Source: Octopus sinensis (taxonomy: Eukaryota). From it: a DNA stretch of 64,000 bases. The translations under genes and the position numbers were made by a program. A model generated the notes under the pieces. It saw only the letters and a program-made list of their open reading frames with translations, made no database searches and was not told the origin of the DNA. Below, one piece after another: positions 50,611 through 64,000 of the stretch (positions are counted from its first letter, which is position 1; every line of letters begins with the position of its first letter). The stretch lies in NCBI RefSeq assembly GCF_006345805.1, contig NC_043000.1, positions 102,300,001 through 102,364,000 of the forward strand, read 5' to 3'.

Positions 50611-51227
50611 CCGAACACCACACATAATACCAATCTGGTAGAATCATTAGCACGCTCGCAAAATGCATAGTGACATTTCGTCCGTCTTTGCGTTCCGAGT
50701 TCAAATGCTAATCGATTCGAACTTGTCCATTATCCTGCTAGTGGCCAACCAAAAAAGAATTACCATTCAAGTACTGCGGTTTATATAAGCCGAGTAAAAA
50801 AATTTCCTTTAAAATTTGTACCTGTCTCTCAAATTTAGAAATCACTGTGGATTCAGTTCTACATTTCTCTCTCTGCACATTGTTGCTGTATTACTGTCAC
50901 CTCCCCCTCTCTCTCTCTCTCTCTCCTCCTCTATCTATCTATCGATCTATCTATCTATCTTTCAATTTCTATACTTATCTTACTGACGTATAGTATTACT
51001 CTAATACTTATCTTACTGACGTATAGTATTACTCTAATACCTTTCTATCTCTATCTCTCTCTTCTCCCACTTTCTCTCTCTGGCGTATATAGTATTATTT
51101 TATTGCCTTTCTCTCTCCCTCCCCTACCTCACTCTCTATCTTTCTCTCCCTTTTTTCTCTCTTTCAGGCGTATCGTTTTCTTATACAGCTGACCTGTCCC
51201 TCTCACTTTTCTCTTTCTCTCTTCTCT

Positions 51228-51260
<33 letters not shown>

Positions 51261-51793
51261 TCCTCTTCCTAATATATTACATCACTTCATTACTGGTGTC
51301 TCACTAAAATAACTATTATGTTGCTTTATTACTACTCTCCCACTCATTCTCCTCTCTCTATCTATCTCCTTCCCCATCGCCCTACCTGTCTCCTTTCATC
51401 CCCCCTCTCTCTCTCTTACACACACATATTGTTGCTGTACTTCCTAGTGAGTGGAATGCTGCTCAATGACTGTATCTTCGGCTATTTTTATTGGTTGTCA
51501 GTTCTATTAATTTATATTATGAGGTTTCTGTCTAAAATATATATTGTGTGTACCTGTGTGTGTGTGTATGTGTGTGTTTTTGTTATTTTATTTTAGTATG
51601 AGCAATATTTTAACCTCTTATATGGTTCTTGCCTTTATTTACCATTATTATTGTTGTTGTTTTGTCTGTCTGTATAATTATGTGCTGAAGTATTGAAACT
51701 CTATCATTGTCTGATATAGATTTATACTTTCTTTTATGTACGGTTTTGATACGTATTTACACACACGCACATACATACACATATATATACAGG

Positions 51794-51836
<43 letters not shown>

Positions 51837-51924
51837 TACATATTTGTGTGTGTGTATATAGAGAGAGAGAGACACACACACACACATTATATATATACAT
51901 ATACATACATATATACGTTCAGGG

Positions 51925-52150
<226 letters not shown>

Positions 52151-52517
52151 GTGTGTGTTGCTCTTTCTCTGGACAGACGAGCGTCTCTGCGGTTAAGACA
52201 TCTGCTTCGGAAACAAGTGATTCCGTCTTTTGTTCCACTGTGTTCCACCTTTGGCGAATATTTTCTACGATAAATTTAAATTGGTCAATACCTTCAGAGT
52301 AGAATCTTGGTAAATAGAAACCATAGGAGGTTTATTGTATATATTTTTTTAAATGCTATGGCTACATTGTATGTCATACAGCACCAACATAGACTTAAAA
52401 GCCTAAGACAGGGTAAACTATACCTTAACTTGGGCCTTTAACTCTATATTAGTGCTGTAGGGCTATCTGTATGACATATAATGTGACCTTAGCATTTTTT
52501 AAAAACTTGGCATAGTT

Positions 52518-52571
<54 letters not shown>

Positions 52572-52913
52572 AACTCTGGATACTAGCGATTTTTTTTTCA
52601 GAAGAGTAAAATAAAGAATTGACTCGCGGACAAACCTGATCGACTCCGAAAATGAAACTTGGTCTAGGACCACAATGCTCTAACGACTTTGCCAATTAGC
52701 TGTTCGTATTTATATGTGTATAGGTATTTAGTATGTGTGTGTACGTGCGTGTATGTCCTCACGTGTATGTGTGTGTATGCTTCTTTCGTCGATGTATATC
52801 AGCGGGGGAAAAAAAAATGAAAATTCGGGCTTCTTCAAATTGTTCTTCTCCGAGTTACACAGACGCACCCTTTCCATTCTACTTTCGCCGTTAGAAATGC
52901 AATTGACCAATTC

Positions 52914-52980
52914 ATTAGGTAGCTGTATTTATTAGGTAGCTGTATTTATTAGGTAGCTGTATTTATTAGGTAGCTGTATT
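52914..52980. repeat. 17-bp tandem repeat x4 (attaggtagctgtattt)
   Basis: Four near-identical consecutive units. Confidence 0.9.
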
Positions 52981-53281
52981 GAACGACTCTCTTGTTCACA
53001 AAATGTCATGGTCCAAGCGGTGCGTTGTTTCCTTCGGCAAAGAATTTCATTTCATGTTGCTCCTTTCTACTCTGCTGAAAATGAGTTCTAGCTAAATGCT
53101 GAGGCAGGTCTCTCTCTTTGTCCAGGTCTCTCTCTCTCTCTGTAGATGGGCCAAAGGTTGGGAGACGCGAGAGGGTGTTTATAACTACTTGAGACTACAC
53201 AGGCATCTAAAACCATTAGCGAAAACATGGTACGTATTACCAACCCATTCTTGTTTGCAGATAACTGCTGGCTTTCTTTTG

Positions 53282-53343
<62 letters not shown>

Positions 53344-54668
53344 TCTTTCATCAAATTGATGAATTAGCAGGGTCATTACAGTGTTGGATAGATCTACACT
53401 GAGTTCAAATCTTGTCGAGGGCAACCCCCACCACCCGGGGTTCAGAGGAAAAAGTATCAATCGAGAGCAATGGGTAAGCAGGAGTGTTAGAAGCTTAGAG
53501 ATGTTTTGTGGTGTCTGACCTGGCACTTTGTGTTTTGACAGCAATGTTTGCGACGGTGCTGCAGATAAGCTGTATCGGCCCAAGTCGGTAGTTTTCCCTC
53601 GTACAAAATCGATGGCATTGAGTAAGAGGACTTAAATACATGCGCAGTTGATCGTCTTTCACAAAACCTCATGCCCACACATGCACATACATGGGCAAGC
53701 TTCGCCTATAGAGACCAAGAAGAACAATGTTGTGAGTGCGAATATTTTTAGCTACATCAAAACTGGGCCACCAAACATAGGACGTGCGATGTTGTTTTCT
53801 GAAGGGTTCAAAGAACCCTATACTTGAACTGTTGACCTACATGAAATAAGTACCAGATTACCCTCAAATAATGTTTAGTATCATCAAGAAGGAAAGAGGC
53901 ACATCGTATGATATAGTTCTGGATGCCCAATGCTAGACATTATAGGATATGCTCACAGCCAGAATATCTTTGATGTTAGGGTTGCTCATAAGGTTGCTCA
54001 CTTAGAACTGGCATAACGTTCAACAACAATAACCGTAAAAACATCATTGTGTTGTTGTTACGGTTAGTGGTAGTGCATCAAGTCTACCAGCGACAACTAA
54101 TCATATAAATAATAGCAGTAAATAAAAAAAAAAGAATTCTTAATTGCTGACATTAAAACTTGTAATGCATTGAAACAGATAAAGTTCCATATGATAACAA
54201 AACGCCAATAAAACATAGTTAGTGCAAGAAATTTATTATTCCTAATCTCTGTCGAAGTAAGTATATAGAAAACTTCTAAAATAATATGAAAAACGAAAAA
54301 TCGAAATCAAACAGACTAAAAATAATACAATGGTCACTGTTAATTCTACTCACACACACACATGCATACACATATACACAAACGCACACAACACTTACTC
54401 GCGCATACACACATAAACACGCACATACATACAAACGCAATATTCTGTTATCTTTTATTCTATTTGAAATGACATAACACCGAATTGTTTTGTTTCCACT
54501 GATCAGATTGTTCCATAGTATAATAGGTTTTGATTGAAACTATAACCATTTTTGCCTGCAGATATATTCAATAAAGAAGCCTCTCTACGACATGTTAGAA
54601 ATAGCAGCCAAATTCTCTCAAATAACAAGAGTGACACAGTGAACAGCTTATCAATATATATATATTTG

Positions 54669-54740
<72 letters not shown>

Positions 54741-54879
54741 TGTGTATTAGATAAAGATAGTTACGGCTGGGTTTCACATCCATAAAGTGCTTAGCCTTAC
54801 AACGTTTCTTCGAACTTTAACCTCTCTTCAAAATGGGGAGAGAAAGGATATCTCGCAACTAATTGTTAATGTGTGTGTG

Positions 54880-54920
<41 letters not shown>

Positions 54921-54929
54921 GTGTGTGTA

Positions 54930-55130
54930 GGAGTGGATGCAGAAAAGTTCATGGCTTTAAGGGTGTCGCAAAAGGCCTGGTTGCAGGCCCAACATTCTGA
55001 GTTCTTTTACAGGGCTTAGAAAACCTGGAGAACCACTGGAATAAGTGTGTCAATCTGAGACGGTAACATGCTGAATCAATTCATAATTAACTGATCTTTC
55101 TGTACTTTCTTTATACTCAAAGCCAGAAAT
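54930..55130 (+). mobile_element. Mariner-derived MITE (transposase C-terminus between degenerate TIRs)
   Basis: AWLQAQHSEFFY..LENHWNKCVNLR resembles the mariner C-terminus; aaaagttcatggcttt / aaagccagaaat ends. Confidence 0.55.
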
Positions 55131-55264
55131 ATATATATATTCGGTCACCAGAGGAGCTAGAGGAGCCTACGAAATTTTAAGTTACATAGGGCGAATCAAA
55201 GTATGTAAGTAATATATATAATATATATATATATAGATATATATATATATATATATGAGTGTGT

Positions 55265-55415
55265 GTGTGGTAGCTACGAACCATATGGTTCCGGGTTCTG
55301 TTCCACTGTGTGGTACCTTGAGCAAGTGTCTTCCCCTATACCCACGGGCCGACCAAAGCCTTGTGAGTGGATTTGGTAGACGGTAACTGAAAGAATCCCG
55401 TCGTATATGTGTATG

Positions 55416-55482
<67 letters not shown>

Positions 55483-55720
55483 TGTGTGTGTGTGTCTGTG
55501 TGTTTGTGTGTCTGTGTTCGTCCCCCCAACATCGTTTGACAACCGATGCTGGTGTGTTTATGTTCCCGTAACTTAGAGATTAGGCAAAAGAGACCGATAG
55601 AATAAGTACCAGATTTACAAAGAATAAGTCCTGGGGTCGATTTCCTCGACTATAAGCAGTGCTCCAGCATGGCCACAGTCAAATGACTGAAACAAGTAAA
55701 AGAGTAAAATAGTAAAAGAG
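55265..55720 (+). mobile_element. SINE family C
   Basis: accatatggttccgggttc..ccttgagcaagtgtctt..ccaaagccttgtgagtggatttggtagacgg..cagcatggccacagtcaaatgactgaaacaagtaaaagag. Confidence 0.85.
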
Positions 55721-56199
55721 TATCCTCTTTTACTCGTTTCAGTCTCGCGGCTGTGGTCATTCTACATAAACAGAAGAATCCACGGACGTAGGAAAGCTAT
55801 GAAGACAGGTTAGATAATTACATACCCTTTTAGAAAACAAGGGGGAAAAAGTGGCCAGCAAGCCGCCTCACAGGGAAACGAACCCTGCATCTCTTAAATT
55901 GCAGCTGAGCACTCTAAACTGGTGAAGACCAGCATCGATAAATATCAGTCAAATATTAAGTTTTAGATCGATAAATTACAATTGCTGTAAAGGGTGTAGG
56001 GTCTAACGTTTCGGGCCTTGCCTTTTTGTCTGAGAATAGGGGAAGGGTGAGGGGAACATGTACTGCTTTTAGTTGGACGCGAAGTATGGAAGGACTATAT
56101 ACGTAAGTGATTCCATTGACAATATCCGAATAGACCAGCACCTCTAGCGTGTCGAGGAGCATAATAGCCATCAAAACTGTCAGCAAGAACTCAGCTTCC

Positions 56200-57290
56200 G
56201 CTATTAACCACTCTGTCAACACCAACACTCCAATAGCACCAACGCCACTACCATCTCCGTCATCCTCTCTATTGAATTTAGCCCTACCGTTAAAGCTACC
56301 TCGAGACCAGCACTAACAACACTGCCATCGCCAATGGCACTAGCACCACCACTACCTCCACCATCATTACAACCATCATCATCATCATCATCATCATCTT
56401 CTTCATCACTTCCATAAGTCTTTCATCATTTTTGTTAACATTGCCAACTATATCATCAATATCGCCTCCGCCACCACCATCACCGCTACCACCACTAGCG
56501 CTAAGCACAAATTACCATTAGCACCCACTATCATCATTATTATTTCACCACCACCATCACCACTATCAATTATCATCATCGTCGCCATCCCTTTCCTTCT
56601 TCACATCATCAACATATTCGCCATCGAAACTACCATCAACATCATCTCCATCATCATCATTATAAAGCAAGCAGCAGCAGCAACAACAACAACAACAGTA
56701 GCAGCAATAACAGCACGATCACCATCTCCATCACAACAAACATCTTCGACTACTACGATCATCATCATCATCATCATCAACAACAGCAACAACACCACAG
56801 CCACCATCAGCGGCACTACTGGTATCCTCATCATCGTTACCACTACCACCACTACCGCCACGCTACACCCCTCCACCACCACCACCACTACCATCACCAC
56901 CGTCAATCATCACCAACATTCATCATATCAGCATTATCATCTTTGCCATCATCACCACAACAGCTACCACCACCATCATCGTCATCATCATATTCACTAT
57001 CACCATTACTGCCAGTTCCACCACCACCACCACCCCACCACCACCACCACCACCATCACCATCACCACCGTCAGTCACCACCAACATTCATCATACCATC
57101 ATCATCGTTATCTTTACCATCATCCCCTCAACCACCACCGCCATCACCATCATCGTCATCGTCACTATCACCACTACTGTCAGCTCCACCACTATCACCA
57201 TCACCACCATCACCATTACCACCATTACCACCACCACCATCACATCAACATCATCGTCATTGCCATCATCATCTTCAATCCACATGACCA
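56200..57290. repeat. Degenerate (CAT)/(CAC)/(CAA) trinucleotide tract
   Basis: Directly visible; explains the poly-P/H and poly-V/M ORFs. Confidence 0.9.
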
Positions 57291-58112
57291 TTACGTAAAT
57301 GCAACTAGTTGTCGCATTAGCATCTTTGCCCACAGCAAACCATTTGCTTCCATTTCTGGTTTTACGTCTGCCATACGTAATGCTATTCTAAATTGGATGT
57401 AATTACTTTTTCTTGCTAGAAATATTTTATACTAAAGGAAGAACATATACATTTTGCCTTTTGTTGTTTGTATTATTTTCTTTTATTTATTTTTGCTGTC
57501 TCTATAGATTTTATGGAATAGAAATTTAGCTAAAAATGATCTATTTAATATATTTTTGGGGCTAGGTATAAGACCACATTTTTGGGGAAAGATTGGTGGG
57601 ATAATGCGACATAAGGTCATTGCTATTTAGCTGAAGGTCAGCCCTGATCTGGCAAATCTACGATAAAAGACGTTCCAGCGTTGACCACCTTGTCTTTTTC
57701 TTAAATAATTCTTTTTAATTTCAGCGTTGGCCAGTAACATTTAAGGAAGGAAGTAAGTCGACTACATAAACTCCAGTTCTCAGCTAGTATTTATTTTATA
57801 GCCACCGAAAATGTCATTTTTAATAATAGTAACAGTTGCATGTGCGTGTGGGGGGTGTATATGGGTGTGTGTGTGTGTGTGTGTTACTAGACGTGATCCG
57901 TTGGTGATTTCTTCTTCTACTTCTTAGGACTTTTCCCCTTCTCCTTTCCGACGAAGAACTATGTTCGAAACGTTAAACTTTCTCTCTTCACCGAGCGTCA
58001 AGCTAATATACTTACTGTGCACGTCCCCTCGTTCGTTGTTTTTTCGTTTTCTTTTCTTTTTTCGATTTTTATCTGTTTATTTGAATTGTTTGTTTATTTG
58101 AATTGACTATAT

Positions 58113-58917
58113 ATATTGGGTCATCCCATAAATTATGCGGTTTTTTATACTTCTATTATTTTTCAAAATTAAGATAAACAAAGTTTTTTTTTAAATCTAA
58201 AAGATACTCTCCTTCATCTTCTACAATACTCTTTCATCTCTCTGGTAGACTTGCAAGGCCCCTCTTCCAAAATTAACTTGTCCGTGACGAAAAATACTCC
58301 TCCAATGCTGTTCTGATCTCGTCTACCGAGTTCATATTTTTTCCGTTCAAATGATTTTGAAGAATAAATGATAATCAGACGGGGCAATGTCCGGTGAATA
58401 TGGTGATTGGGGCATCGTTTCCCGTTCAAACTTCTCCAACCTTTGGAATGTCATTCTTTCTGTATGTAGCCGAGCATTATCCTGATGGAACAATATCTTT
58501 CATCTTGAAACCAAGGATGGTCATTTTGCTTATAGCGCTGACTTGAATGACTGTTTGAATAACCAAATCCAAGCTTCTCTGCTAGTTCTTCAACAGTTAA
58601 GATGGGACCTTGTTCCACCAGGGTTTGCAGGACGTCCTCGTCGAACTCTACAGATATTCCAGGACGAGGCTCGTCTTCTAGGCTGTAGTTTCCGGCTTGG
58701 AATTTCTAGAACCACCGTTGATGCTAGTTTACGCTTATTGTCCGATCTCCATATACTGTATTACTACCCCTCGCACTTTCCGTAACATTGTTGCCTTTAT
58801 TAAACTCATAAAGCAAAATAGTTCGAATATGCTCGTTTGTCACTTCCATTATAGCTTAGAAAAAATAACTGTTAAAATCGAACTGCATTCTTCAAAACTT
58901 GCACTAAGAATAAGGAC
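58113..58917 (-). mobile_element. DD34D mariner relic (internally deleted)
   Basis: ATG at 58849: MEVTNEHIRTILLYEFNKG..RWF*KFQAGNYSLEDEPRPG; FHQD followed by 34 residues then D in YSPDIAPSDY; TIR-like end tattgggtcatcccataaattatgcgg. Confidence 0.85.
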
Positions 58918-58944
58918 ATATATATATTATTATTATTATTATTA

Positions 58945-59502
58945 TTGAGTGAGAGAGCAGTTCATGCCATCAAAGTGACACTGGGGTAAAATATACGAAG
59001 CCCAATATACCCATCATGACTACCCGTCTGATAAAGGTACACCAGGCACATGCATCACAACCATATGTGCGCGACATGGTGATCTCATATCAAGATAAAC
59101 AGCACATGACCTTGCAGGTGGGGCCCAGTTTGAATTTTCTTCAGGTTGAGTAGCCCATCCCGCTCAAACGGTCCCCGAATAAGGGTTGTTTAAGGATGTT
59201 GAAGAGAACCACCCATGTTTCCAGAGGTGAACTATTCAAACCCCAAGCATCCCTCTCAACACATGGCTATGATGCTCCCCCACTACTTCTGCTCGTGATC
59301 AGAGATGCACATATCGTCAGCCACTAAGGGACATGCTCAACTGGTTAAGGTCAAACAACTGACAAGCAAATCTGTGGTATTGAGCAGAATATTTGCTGTA
59401 GCCATCTTTTATACCAAGACAAACAATGTACATGATAACACTTCCAATCAGTTAAGATCAGAAGCCATGAGAGCCACTGCCTGGTACTGCATCAGGGCAT
59501 TT
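58945..59502 (-). mobile_element. Unclassified ~560-bp element embedded in (TAA)n
   Basis: Flanked by (ATT)n on both sides; second copy at 17828-18205; no tRNA head, TIR or ORF evident. Confidence 0.8.
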
Positions 59503-59508
59503 ATTATA

Positions 59509-59563
<55 letters not shown>

Positions 59564-59586
59564 TATTATTATTATCATCATTATTA

Positions 59587-59825
59587 TATTAATTGTTATC
59601 GCCAAGCTAACATGGCAGTCCAGAAAAATAGGACGAATGCAGCCGTTGATTAGCTGCAAGAGGCCATCACCTCTAGCTAGCTATGTGACACACAAACTTG
59701 TGTCCTTTACACAGATTTGTGTGTCACATAGCTAGCTAGAGCCGATGGTCTCTTGAAGCTAATCAACGGCAGCATTCGTCCTATTTTTCTGGACGGACAT
59801 GTTAGCTTGGCGATAACTATTAATA
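59587..59825. repeat. 239-bp fold-back palindrome (117-bp arms, 5-nt loop)
   Basis: 59587-59703 vs 59709-59825, 10 substitutions and no indels; loop ccttt. Confidence 0.95.
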
Positions 59826-59856
59826 CCCAGTACTGCTGCCGTACACATACATATAT

Positions 59857-59919
<63 letters not shown>

Positions 59920-61014
59920 GTTTGTGTCTTGATATATATATATATATACACTCACACGCATATGAGACGAGTGTGCTGAACAGACTGTTGTCAAACAGGG
60001 AGAAGTTATCCTCCTAAGACATACAGTACAGCACCCAGCTGTTTTTGCATCTGAACCTGCCAAACGTGTAGAATAAATATGCAAATATTCATTCCTGATC
60101 TCGTAGTAGACGGTGCAAACAATGATTTTACATATATACATACCAACATACATACATACATACATACATACATACATACATACATACATACATACATACA
60201 TACATACATACATACATGTGTGAGTAGGCGGGTGCTTCTACGCAGTTGCACTCAACTCATTGCAAAATATTGGTCAGGCTGCGATAGAACAGGAAACTAT
60301 CTGATTGCGCAACAAAACCATGCGAACTGACATCTCACCTAATTGGCAACGGTTGTTTTTATTGTTTAATCTCGGGTCAGTACAATTCAAGCAAATTTAA
60401 GGCCACAGAGTTTATAGTCATGAGCATCCCGTCATTATTATTTTCTTCTTCTTCTTTTTGTCAGACTTATACAATGTCTTTATTTTTCTTTTTAGCCTTG
60501 CACGATTGATTTGGGGAGGATTTAGCTGATATTTCTATTAGGTCGAGCGACCACATAGTAACATCTTCATCGAGACTTGTTAACACACGGATACATTAGT
60601 AGTGCTTGTTTTATCGAGCATGACCTGATATGATCTTAGACTATAAAGTAACGAAGCCTGACAATGACGAAAGCCATTTGATTCCAGCATTACAGTTTTT
60701 TGCTATAAAATGCATCGCAGTATTTAAATGAACGAATAATTACAGATATCGACTGAAAACTCCAAATCCAACGCGTCCACTGCTGTTTCGAGATTATCGA
60801 CTTTCATATCAAAGGTGAATGCATCGGTGTGATTTAAATTTTACGTTATTATTGGTTCACAATCAAAGTTTATGTTTCCTTTTGTAGCGTGTAACACCGA
60901 GTTCGATCGGAAAGTGCGGCGCTTTAGACTTTTGTCTTCTATTGAGGCCGCGGGTTACCCAATGGCTTTTGAGTTAAATTTGATAGACAAAAATCAGTAT
61001 GGTGGCTCACCGTA

Positions 61015-61365
61015 TACTCTTTTACTCTTTTACTTGTTTCAGTCATTTAACTGCGGCCATGCTGGAGCACCGCCTTTAATCGAGCAACTCAACCCCGGGA
61101 CTTATTCTTTTGTAAGCCCAGTACTTATTCTATCGGTTTCTTTTGCCGAACCGCTAAGTAAAGGGGACATAAACACACCAGCATCAGTTGTCAAGCAATG
61201 CTAGGGGGACAAACACAGACACACAAACACCAAATCCACTCACAAGGCATTGGTCGGTCCGAGGCTATAGTAGAGAAGACTTGCCCAAGATGCCACGCAG
61301 TGGGACTGAACCCGGAACCATGTGGTTGGTTAGCAAGCTACTTACCACACAGTCACTCCTGCGCA
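61015..61365 (-). mobile_element. SINE family C
   Basis: Reverse complement of gcaggagtgactgtgtggtaagtagcttgc..gggttcagtcccactgcgtggcatcttgggcaag..aaacaagtaaaagagtaaaagag. Confidence 0.85.
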
Positions 61366-61635
61366 TATGTATCCATGTGTTGTGAGTATACAAACATACA
61401 TACATAAATACTTACATATATGTATATAAATAAATATATCCATACATATATGTAGATATATCACCGTGACCACCGTGATCGAATAGGCTATCAGATGTTG
61501 CTACAGATCGCTGGTCACAATGCGCTTCGTATTGTTTTAGCCTTCAGTTTACGCCACCCCGCTGGCTAAGCGAGCGGGCCAATGTGTAGATATATATACA
61601 TATGTATATGCATATCTACATACACACATTTACGT

Positions 61636-61668
<33 letters not shown>

Positions 61669-62477
61669 TTCGTATCTACCTACGTAAACCGATTTATGTG
61701 AAACGGGTAACTCAGTTCATCGATAAGTAGAAATCAATCAAATAGAACGGAAACTGATATATTCGGCAAATACCCATGAAGGCGTTGCTCCAGCATTACC
61801 GTAATTTAAAGGCCGAAACCAGAATAAAAGAATATGATAAATATGTGAACGTCTGGACACTGAATATTGCTGGGTTTAAACGGTTTAGAGGAACATGATA
61901 AACGTCTTTCAAACACTAAACATGTGTATATAATGCCACCGATGAGGTGAAACTGGTTGCATCGTTAGAACATCGTATGGAATGCCTTGTAGTTTTTTCA
62001 TGTATCTACGCTCTGAGTTTAAATTTCACCTAGGTCAGTTTTACCTTTCATCGTTTTGGAATCGGTAAATAAACAGTTAATATAATCTGTTCTCTACTCC
62101 TCTTCCTCCTCCTCCTCTTCTTCTCTTCTTCTTCTTCTTCTTCTTCTCTACTTCCCTGTATTGTGCCTACTATTCTTCTGAAGTACAACCATTTGTTGCA
62201 TGATTTAGCCTGAGAATTACCTCATGGGTACACATGCCTTCCAAATCCTTCGCCGCTTACGCGTCAATTTCACCAGTTGATTGAACAAATGAATCCTCAT
62301 TTGCGAGTCCGATGGTGATTAGTATAAAAAACCATAATTGAAACGAAAGTAACCAGCATGACAAATGGATACATTTTTGTGTATGCTTGTATAATAAGAT
62401 ATATTGAGTTTCATGAGATGGATCGTTTAGATAATGAGTCAGTGAAAGTGACACATTCGACCAGTAAAAATCTTTTC

Positions 62478-62670
62478 TACTCTAGGAACAAGACCCGAAA
62501 TTTTGGAGGAGGCGGTCCAGTCGATAGATCGACACCAGTACACGCAACTGGTACTTAATTTATCGACCCCGAAAGGATGAAAAGCAAAGTCTACCACGGT
62601 GGAATTTGAACTCAGAACGTAAAGACAGACGAGATACCGTTATGTATTTCGCCCCCGGCGTGCTAACGAG
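62478..62670 (-). mobile_element. SINE family B
   Basis: Reverse complement of cgttagcacgccggg..gttctgagttcaaattccacc..tttcatcctttcggggtcgataaattaagtaccag. Confidence 0.8.
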
Positions 62671-63294
62671 CAGAAATGAATATTCCAAGTGTTCCGTTGA
62701 TGGTGCTATACCGGTTTTGCTAATTTACCGCCTCCGACGTTACTAATGACGAAAACAGTCTTTATCAAAGGAATCAAAGGAAGATATTCAAATATGTGTG
62801 TCTCTAATATGAAAAAAGTGTTTGTACACTAGTACATGCATGCACACAAGCACACACGCATTCGACCAGCGAAAATGCTTCATATATCAATGCAATTAAT
62901 TCAGATGATGAGTCGACAGAATTGTTAGTTAATTGTATAGGACAGAAGAATTGAGCGTAGCCAAGGAAACAGCATACCCACATTGCATGAAAATTCTCGT
63001 CGTTTAGCTCTGATTAAGCAGATCTATGATCAAAAGAATTCCAGCTAAGACCATCTACTCTTTTCTTTAAGACTCTGTCTCGAACAGAATATCAAACCGT
63101 AATATAAATGCGGTGTGGTGTGAATCGATGACTATTTAGCTGGTATTACAAACAGTTTTAGTGACCACATATGGGGTTCTCTCATTGGCACTTAAAAGTT
63201 TTAGTGTAGCGTGTTCGTAGTTGATTGTAAGCTTCTTGTAAAATCTGCTTGTGACACCGTTTCGTTTCCTGGTATTGTAATTATATCAGTAAAC

Positions 63295-63525
63295 GAACGT
63301 GGCTTAGTGGTTAAAGTGTCGCATTCATGATCGTGGTTTCGATTCCTAGACCGGGCAGTGCGTTATGTTCTTGAGTAAAACATTCCATTCCACATTGCTC
63401 TAGTCCACTCATCTGTAAATGAGTAACCTTGAGATGATTAGCGCTTCGTTCATGAAGGGTATTGTGATCTCGGTCCCTCATACGCCATGGAAACCGGATA
63501 ACATTCTCTATGAGACTCAGAACTC
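63295..63525 (+). mobile_element. SINE family A
   Basis: gtggcttagtggttaaag..gtttcgattcctagaccgggc..ttgctctagtccactca..ccatggaaaccgg. Confidence 0.75.
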
Positions 63526-64000
63526 GAAACAATAATGTTCATCGGTAGATGATAATGATAACTATATCACGCCTCACATCACCTAATGTTCCTCAGAAAA
63601 CCACGTACACTACGCGTACCCGATGTCATTACTTTACTGACACCATTAATCAATTAAAAAGAAAGGAATAAACTCCATGGCTCTTTATTACCCTTGTACT
63701 TCATAGAATCTGTGATAGGATCTCTCGACCTGTTAATAATAGCTACTAAATATCTCTTTACTCACATCCTGCCGTCTTTGAAAAGTACTCGTTCTATACT
63801 TTGGTCCTGGGTTCTTTACACACAGGACAAAATAGTATGGTCAAGGCTGGAGCGCTTTTGGCCATAGCTCTGTTTGATCAGACAACTCTAGTTTTAAAAG
63901 CAAATCACTCTGTCCTTTTACGGGTAATCACTTCCTATTCTAAAGACAGTGGGGTGTAATTTAGGGAATATTAAGTTGTTTTTGCTTGCAAAACAAACGA

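Noticed and set aside
52914-52980. Short direct repeats as a CRISPR-like array
   Set aside because: No spacers, eukaryotic context and no cas genes.
56943-57287. Pro/His-rich ORF resembling a transcription-factor low-complexity region
   Set aside because: Lies within a 1.1-kb degenerate CAT/CAC tract, with no domain and no convincing splice signals.

Overview
AT-rich, microsatellite-dense eukaryotic DNA with no recognisable host protein-coding exon, rRNA, true tRNA or CRISPR array; it is probably intergenic or a large intron. The repeat families (tRNA-head SINEs with V-like and Nin/Deu-like domains, R4/Dong, Tx1/L1 and CR1-type LINEs) suggest a coleoid cephalopod, most likely Octopus (inference). 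Nearly all ORFs in the track are microsatellite artefacts or transposon relics. The exception is an uninterrupted 362-aa CR1-type reverse transcriptase fragment (27385-28473) nested in a non-autonomous Helitron. Other relics: a DD37D (maT) transposon nested in a hAT relic, a POGK-like pogo, several DD34D mariners, hAT and GG-terminal MITEs with perfect 8-bp TSDs, a Helentron-type HINE, and a LINE nest at 39.8-48.8 kb anchored on (TAA)n. The most interesting signal is RNA-structural. There is a complete type I hammerhead ribozyme (minus strand, 2647-2742) inside a (TA)n-embedded Penelope/retrozyme-like unit, several degenerate hammerheads elsewhere, and a set of microsatellite-embedded fold-back mini-elements including a 239-bp near-perfect palindrome (59587-59825). 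There is also sequence evidence that the Nin-type SINE shares its 3' tail with the local Tx1/L1 LINE. All alignments and folds were done by eye; boundaries without a TSD or TIR are approximate.
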